This document shows positions 58,532 through 64,000 of a stretch of 64,000 bases of DNA, piece after piece (the first letter of the stretch is position 1; every line of letters starts with the position of its first letter). The notes under the pieces are model-generated. The model was not told the DNA's origin. It saw only the letters and a program-made list of their open reading frames with translations, and searched no databases. The DNA is taken from positions 352,001 to 416,000 of the IMG/VR virus record IMGVR_UViG_3300045988_170943; one strand, written 5' to 3'. This stretch comes from a virus. A program made the position numbers and the translations under genes.

Positions 58532-59320
58532 ATGAGTGAGCGACTTGGTGGGGAGCCATCGGATCTGTTGGGGGAGTCTGGTGTGCCTGTTTCAGTGCCC
58601 CGTCCTGAATCGGCAGCCATAGTGGATGCTGTGCCTGCTGGTGGTTCCGCTGTTGCGGGTTCTTTTGTGTCTCGTGTGGCTCCGCTTCGGGAGGATGGGG
58701 AGGTTCTGCCTCTGCCGACGGTTGAGGGTGGTTTCAGGACGGTGCTGGCTGATCCGCCGTGGCGTTTCCGGAACCGTACTGGGAAGGTGGCCCCTGAGCA
58801 CCGTCGTCTGGACAGGTACTCCACCATGACGTTGGAGGACATCAAGGGTATCCCTGTGGATGGTGTGACTGCTGAAAATGCGCACTGCTATCTGTGGGTG
58901 CCGAACGCTCTGCTTCCTGAGGGGCTGGAGGTTTTGCGGGCCTGGGGGTTCCGGTACGTGTCGAACCTGGTGTGGGCGAAGCGGCGTAAGGATGGTGGTC
59001 CGGATGGTCGTGGGGTGGGGTTCTACTTCAGGAACGTCACTGAACTGATTCTTTTCGGGGTCAAGGGGTCTATGAGGACGCTATCTCCGGCCCGTAGTCA
59101 GGTGAACATGATCGAGACCCGAAAGAGGGAGCACTCGCGTAAGCCGGATGAGCAGTACCCGTTGATTGAGGCGTGTTCTCCGGGACCCTATCTGGAGATG
59201 TTTGCCCGCTATGGTCGCCCTGGCTGGGTGGCGTGGGGGGATGAGTCCGCGGATGATGTCACCCCCAGGGGTGGTGTGCACAGGGGGTACGCGGGTGGGG
59301 AGATCGTTCCCAGAGTGTGA
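58532..59320 (+). CDS. MT-A70-family N6-adenine DNA methyltransferase
   Basis: DPPW catalytic motif (VLADPPWRF) and an MT-A70-like core (CYLWVPNALL, RYVSNLVWAK). Confidence 0.7.
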   Translation: MSERLGGEPSDLLGESGVPVSVPRPESAAIVDAVPAGGSAVAGSFVSRVAPLREDGEVLPLPTVEGGFRTVLADPPWRFRNRTGKVAPEHRRLDRYSTMTLEDIKGIPVDGVTAENAHCYLWVPNALLPEGLEVLRAWGFRYVSNLVWAKRRKDGGPDGRGVGFYFRNVTELILFGVKGSMRTLSPARSQVNMIETRKREHSRKPDEQYPLIEACSPGPYLEMFARYGRPGWVAWGDESADDVTPRGGVHRGYAGGEIVPRV

Positions 59321-59655
59321 GACAGGACTGTAGGTGGTGGGGCTGGTTGCCTGGGGTGGCGTGCCCTCTGAGTGCGGGATGCGGCTGCCAGGGGTGCAGG
59401 GTGGTGTGGGGTCGGGTGCTTGCTGGGTGTGGTGGGTCTCAGGGTAGGTTGGGTCCAGTGTGGGCTGCGCCCGGTGTGCTTGGTGCCAGCATGTTGGCGT
59501 GGGTGGCATTGTTGGGACTTGTTGCGAGGGTGGCGGCTAGTGCTGCATGTGGCCCAGTTCACTCACACTGGGGTTGCGTGGTGCTGGTGGCTGGGGTACG
59601 CTTGAGTCATCAGCCGGAGGGAAGAGCCTGACGGCGTGACCTTAGAGGAGTCAAA

Positions 59656-60183
59656 ATGACTGAGTGCGGAGACGTTAAGGGTTTCACCTGCCCTGGCGAT
59701 GAGCGCAATGCCCGCGTATTCGTGGAGGTAATTGAGGGTCTACTGAAGGGGGCAGTGATTGACTCTATCAAGACCTGCTTCCGTAAGAACATGACTGTCC
59801 TCACGGAGAACCTTACTGAGGATGACGAGACGGATGACGTCATTGTCATCGAGGGTCGGAAGTATGGTGAGCCTTTTACGCTGAGTATTGTTGGGGTGTC
59901 ATTCCCTATCCATGACACCACTACATGTTTCAAGATTGTGGAGGCGTCTAACTCACTGGGGGAGGTCAAGGGCGTATCCATCATGGATCCGTCGCACGAG
60001 TTCTACAACGACTGGGAGTTTTCTCTTTTTTACACTATTTTGATTAGTCGTGGGTGCGAGGGGGACGTTAAGATCCTGGTCGATGTAAGTGGTGACGGAC
60101 AGTTGTCTCTCCCCTTCATGGTGTACAATAAGACTCACATGTCGTTCTTCAACGGGGAGGTCAGTACCTGGGAGATCGAGTAG
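59656..60183 (+). CDS. hypothetical protein
   Basis: 175-aa ORF with normal composition. Confidence 0.4.
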   Translation: MTECGDVKGFTCPGDERNARVFVEVIEGLLKGAVIDSIKTCFRKNMTVLTENLTEDDETDDVIVIEGRKYGEPFTLSIVGVSFPIHDTTTCFKIVEASNSLGEVKGVSIMDPSHEFYNDWEFSLFYTILISRGCEGDVKILVDVSGDGQLSLPFMVYNKTHMSFFNGEVSTWEIE

Positions 60184-61173
60184 TCATAGCCGCCTTTGTA
60201 GCAGACGGGACCAGTCTCAACCAGGGGGCTGGTCCCGTCTGCTATCTGTGTGTGCATGGTTTAGTGGTGCCACTGAAGTCCTTCCCGCTCTCACCCGAAG
60301 GGGTCCCTTGGTTGTTCTGAGACGTTGGACGCACTGGTACCTCTGTCATCTACTTCTTCTGCTGGTGCCGTTGAGGTCTCACACTTTCTTAGCCCTGCCT
60401 TTCGGGGCCCCTGCTGACGACCTTTTGGTAGGTGGCAGGCTACTGAGCCCGAGCACACCTGTAGCGGGGCGGAAACGGATGCGCGTATTCTGTACTGGTG
60501 TCGTTTCCTCCCTGAGGGCATGTGCGCCTGGCCTCGGGTTTCTTTTTCGCTAGGACTGCCTTTTCTACTCTTCACAGGTGGATCCTTCTAGAGTGGAAAC
60601 GACGCTTCCGCAGTGCGGTTTCTTGGTGTGCCTGCCGTCATCTTTTGTCAAGGGGTGTGCATGTTCACGGCAACTGAGTGTATCTGGCATTACCCCGCCC
60701 GCGCCTGTGATACTAGGTGAGTCTAAGGCTGCCGGAAGTCGGGTACTGGGTGGTTGTGTCGCTCTCGGGTGGGTTGAAGTGCTTTTCGGTGAGTGCGTTT
60801 CTGGCTAGTACGTCAGGGGTGGGTGGCTTCTGTCAGCAATGCTTCTGCCTGTCTCACAAGGGGGACGCCAGAATAGGGTCGCTGCTCGTGTTCTTGCCGC
60901 CACCGTCGCTCACAGTGTATGCGCGTGGATCCTGTCTGCACCCTGTACTGCGGCCAGGGGAGGAACGTGTAGGTGGGCAGAGAGATGCTGGAGGTGCTGC
61001 TACAGGGGCGTCATGTTAGATGCGGTTGCTCGGGCGATGCATGTTCACGACACACTGGCTCTGGATCGTGCGCATGAGACTAAGGGCAAGATGGTGGCAC
61101 GCTGATCATAAAGCACTGGTGGGGCCAGCCGGGAGAGGATCCCAGCCAGCCCCACCAGGGGATGGATTGGTTG

Positions 61174-61533
61174 TCAGATACCTGAGGCCAGGCCCTTACA
61201 TCCGATGATGGCTCCCTTGTCATCGCGGACAACGCGGTCCGGCGATACGAAATCGGTGCGTCCGACACTGACAGCGTAGTCCGCGAGCGCCTTGGACACG
61301 ATGTACAGCACTCCGTCCTCCTGGGGAGGAAGCGACTGCCCATCAACGAGTTCGTCGAGGAACTTAAAGCCCCCCGACAAGGGAATGCTGACCCCGTCCA
61401 CGTCAATCTGGCTTGAGGTTCCCTTGAAGGTCTTAAGACGAGGGGCCTCAGCGGCAGGCTTGATGGTCTTGAGGACGTTTCCGTCCTCATCCATGAAGTT
61501 GACGTTGTGGGGGGTGAGGTTAACGAGTTCCAT
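61174..61533 (-). CDS. hypothetical protein
   Basis: Start placed at MELVNLTPHN (cat at 61531-61533). The ORF-track N-terminal extension looks non-coding. Confidence 0.4.
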   Translation of the reverse strand: MELVNLTPHNVNFMDEDGNVLKTIKPAAEAPRLKTFKGTSSQIDVDGVSIPLSGGFKFLDELVDGQSLPPQEDGVLYIVSKALADYAVSVGRTDFVSPDRVVRDDKGAIIGCKGLASGI

Positions 61534-61828
61534 TGTAATCTCCTTGGGGTTTGTGCCGTTGCCCCTTTGGCTCTGGCGATGACTTAACCTTAGCGCGTCT
61601 GTTGGGTGTAACGCAACCCGGTTTGGTGTGATCTGGCGCACACGGGTTTCTGCTTGCTGATGGGTCGTAGTGGGGTGCCCTGAGGGGCGGATAGCGGTAA
61701 CCCCATCAGAGAGACGAACCCGCTCCCCTGGTGGGGTTTTGTGGCTGCTCTGGTGGGGTCTTGACGTAGCAGGGTGTGTGTTAGTCGTGTTCTGGCGTGC
61801 CCACGCGACTAGCACAACGCACCTTGTG

Positions 61829-62248
61829 TCAAGGTCGCTTTACAATGCTGGTGCTCATGGCGGCTGCCAGCGCCTCCAGTACCTTGGTGGTGTCGTAATC
61901 GCCTAGTTCCAGGTGGGCGACAACCTCAGCAATGGTGTACATGGGGGACAGGTGCACGCCGACACCGCCCCAGTTCTGGTCGTTGGTGATTTCGACGACC
62001 ACTCCTCCGGGGGTGTAGATGAGAAGGGACCTGCCCTCATGGTCCCATGCGAAGATCTGTGCCGTGTCGTCAGGTGAACTGATCGTGCGGGCTACGGCGG
62101 GCAGGCTGTCACCGGCCATCTCTTCGTCGTTGAGCAAACGGCAGATCTGACTCTCAAGGGCCTCCAGGGTGTCGATGTCTGCTCCTAGGCGGGCGTTGGA
62201 CACCTCGGGGCTGATGGATAGTGCTTCCCACTGGATCCTCTGGCTCAT
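61829..62248 (-). CDS. hypothetical protein
   Basis: Start placed at MSQRIQWE (cat at 62246-62248). The upstream extension is low-complexity. Confidence 0.35.
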   Translation of the reverse strand: MSQRIQWEALSISPEVSNARLGADIDTLEALESQICRLLNDEEMAGDSLPAVARTISSPDDTAQIFAWDHEGRSLLIYTPGGVVVEITNDQNWGGVGVHLSPMYTIAEVVAHLELGDYDTTKVLEALAAAMSTSIVKRP

Positions 62249-62712
62249 GATGACACCTTCCTTGTCTTGTTTGCGGCTTGGTTTCTCTAAGGAGTATTCA
62301 ACCATGCTTGTTGCTGTGTCGCCACTCAAGAACGTGTGATGTGAGTCCCTTATCCCCTTATTGGGCTTGCACCAGGGGCGGCAGGCTGGTTCAAGGCGGG
62401 CCTGTGCGTTGGCGTGGTTGGTTTTCTCATCCATCTGAGCACCCTGTCCTGTTCTTGTGTTTCTAGTACTGGTGCAATGGTGTCCCCAGTGATTGAGGTG
62501 CTTTCGTCTGCCGCACTGGGTGAGGGGTGCCTCTGGGGGTGTTAGTGTGAGGCAAGGCTGGGGCGTGGTCTTGGTGGTGCGGTCCGCCATGGTTCTCCTG
62601 TTGCGTCAGGTGCTTTTCTCGTGTATCATGTCGGTAGTGGTGTGTCCGCCTGTGCCTGTGGCGGGGCGGTTAAGAATGACCCACACCTGAACTCTATGAA
62701 GGAGAAGAATGC

Positions 62713-63381
62713 GTGTGTGCGTCTGAGAAGGTTGATGACGTGCCGACCCTGGATTCTGATGGGCCTCGCCCTACTGGGGTGGAGGCTGTCAGGCGTGTCC
62801 TTGCTGGCCTGGGTGTGCCCGATAGCGTCACCCCTTTCACTGTCACCCCTGAGGTGCCGGAGTCTGGTGTTTTCGTGATGGCTGCCGTCGTCATGAAATC
62901 AGTGGGGGCGGTAGAGTCAGATCTTGCTGTCGCTGTCGTCTGCTACCTGAGGGACGGCCAGGAGACGGCCAGTGACATGTACATCCAGGTCCTAGCCGGG
63001 GAGGATCCGCTGGTGGTGTCCTTCCCGAGGGTGTGGAGCGAGACCCTGGACAGTGCGGGAGTCAGTGCCCTGGAGGCCGCTAGTGTCGTCCTGGACATTA
63101 AGACACTCTTCCCTGGTTGCGAGGGCGACAGCAGTGGTCTTACGGTCCCGGTGGAGGGTGAGGGTTCCTTCATCCTGGCTGTGCGTGGAGGCCCTGAGGC
63201 TGGGCGCGTGGATGTCATCTTTCGCCATGGTTGGGAGCATGCTGAGACGATAGTGGACGCCCTGGGCAGAGATCGTGTCCTGTCTGTGATCCCTCAGGGT
63301 GACTGGTGGGCTGAAGTCCTGTGTACTCGGGTTCTCACAGTCGGCGATTTCAAAGCCCCAGTGTTCGTGAAGAAGGCTTGA
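62713..63381 (+). CDS. hypothetical acidic protein
   Basis: 222-aa ORF with T-ending codon usage. Confidence 0.4.
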   Translation: MCASEKVDDVPTLDSDGPRPTGVEAVRRVLAGLGVPDSVTPFTVTPEVPESGVFVMAAVVMKSVGAVESDLAVAVVCYLRDGQETASDMYIQVLAGEDPLVVSFPRVWSETLDSAGVSALEAASVVLDIKTLFPGCEGDSSGLTVPVEGEGSFILAVRGGPEAGRVDVIFRHGWEHAETIVDALGRDRVLSVIPQGDWWAEVLCTRVLTVGDFKAPVFVKKA

Positions 63382-63478
63382 CGACTATAGGTTCATCTGT
63401 TATGGTATATTCAATGTGAAGGTCTATCTACCTGATATTGGTGTACACCACAGGTAAGCATTACAGGAGGGGTTTGTT

Positions 63479-64000
63479 GTGGGTTGGGTTCGGGTGAAGA
63501 AGGCTGCTGAGATTCTTCGGATGTCTCCAGAGACGGTTCGTCAGTGGTCTAATACTGGGAAGATTGAGTGTCAGAGGTCGGCTGCGGGTCAGCGTGTCTT
63601 TGATGAGGACTACCTGAGGTCTCTGGTTGATCCTGATTCGGAGGTGTCCTCGCCGCAGTGCGTTTTCTATGTTCGTTCATCCAGTGGTCAGGACACTCCT
63701 ATGGAGACTCAGAGGAAGGCTCTGGAGGCGGCATATGGTAAGCCGGTGAAGGTTTTCAGTGACAAGGCGTCAGGGCTGAACGAGCGGCGTAGAGGTCTTA
63801 CTTCCCTGCTGAACTGGGTGAATGAGCATCATGGTACGACTGTCTGTGTGACGGCTAAGGATCGTCTGACACGGTTTGGTTTCACGTATCTGGAGATGCT
63901 TATTCAGGACCGTGGTGGTAAGGTGGTTGTTCTGGATGATGAGGCATTCAAGGAGCCTCATGAGGCTTTGATGGGTGACTTTATGGCTCTGCTTGCGTCT
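63479..64000 (+). CDS. tnpA: IS607-family serine recombinase TnpA (MerR-like HTH plus resolvase catalytic domain), partial; runs off window
   Basis: GTG start. N-terminal HTH (VKKAAEILRMSPETVRQWSNTGKIECQR) then resolvase motifs (VFYVRSSSGQDT with catalytic Ser, ...DRLTRF). No stop codon before 64000. Confidence 0.6.
   Translation, partial: MGWVRVKKAAEILRMSPETVRQWSNTGKIECQRSAAGQRVFDEDYLRSLVDPDSEVSSPQCVFYVRSSSGQDTPMETQRKALEAAYGKPVKVFSDKASGLNERRRGLTSLLNWVNEHHGTTVCVTAKDRLTRFGFTYLEMLIQDRGGKVVVLDDEAFKEPHEALMGDFMALLAS

Overview
This 64-kb window of high-GC DNA looks like the non-structural part of a very large actinobacteriophage-like genome, a jumbo phage or phage-plasmid. No capsid, tail or terminase genes are visible. 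The gene content points that way: a tRNA and tmRNA island, Ro60 with a candidate Y RNA, nucleotide-metabolism and replication genes, homing-endonuclease-like ORFs, TnpB and an IS607-type TnpA, and inteins.

Layout:
- 0-8.6 kb: an island of about 14 tRNA genes plus a complete tmRNA, with a Ro60/Rsr gene (TROVE plus vWA domains) embedded in it and a tRNA-like, non-tRNA element upstream that is a candidate Y RNA.
- 5.7-17.5 kb: nucleotide-metabolism and replication genes: dCMP deaminase, a MazG-like protein, anaerobic RNR NrdD, an N-terminal DnaE (Pol III alpha) PHP fragment, and a DnaX-like clamp loader.
- 27.8-32.3 kb and 24.2-24.8 kb: a GyrA-like topoisomerase subunit, RadA/Sms and a RecX-like protein.
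- Mobile elements: two stand-alone TnpB (IS200/605 OrfB) genes and, at the window end, a partial IS607-type serine-recombinase TnpA.

Most striking is a set of related intein features:
- A 40-aa split-intein C-fragment (IntC) opens an FtsK-family ATPase gene whose Walker A half is absent from the window.
- Two full inteins carry the class 3 WCT signature and lack a Cys/Ser at position 1. One sits in the P-loop of a PilT-like ATPase, the other in the DYK-TG motif of a Cas4/RecB-like nuclease.
- The DnaE fragment stops in a Cys-initiated Hint-like tail exactly where the catalytic PDxDxDF motif should follow, abutting a TnpB element.

Two further points:
- 34.7-47.4 kb encodes a Tad/Flp type-IVc-pilus-like secretion module (pilin-like ORF, TadB/TadC, CpaF, CpaB, CpaE) plus a VirB4/HerA-like ATPase and the PilT-like ATPase.
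- 51.4-58.5 kb is a roughly 7-kb, ORF-poor, low-complexity region with a mirror-image strand asymmetry: the + strand is C/A-rich on the left and G/T-rich on the right, switching near 52.67 kb. It contains repeated motifs and an inverted-repeat pair.

All calls are made by eye from the sequence and the six-frame translations. No database search was run.
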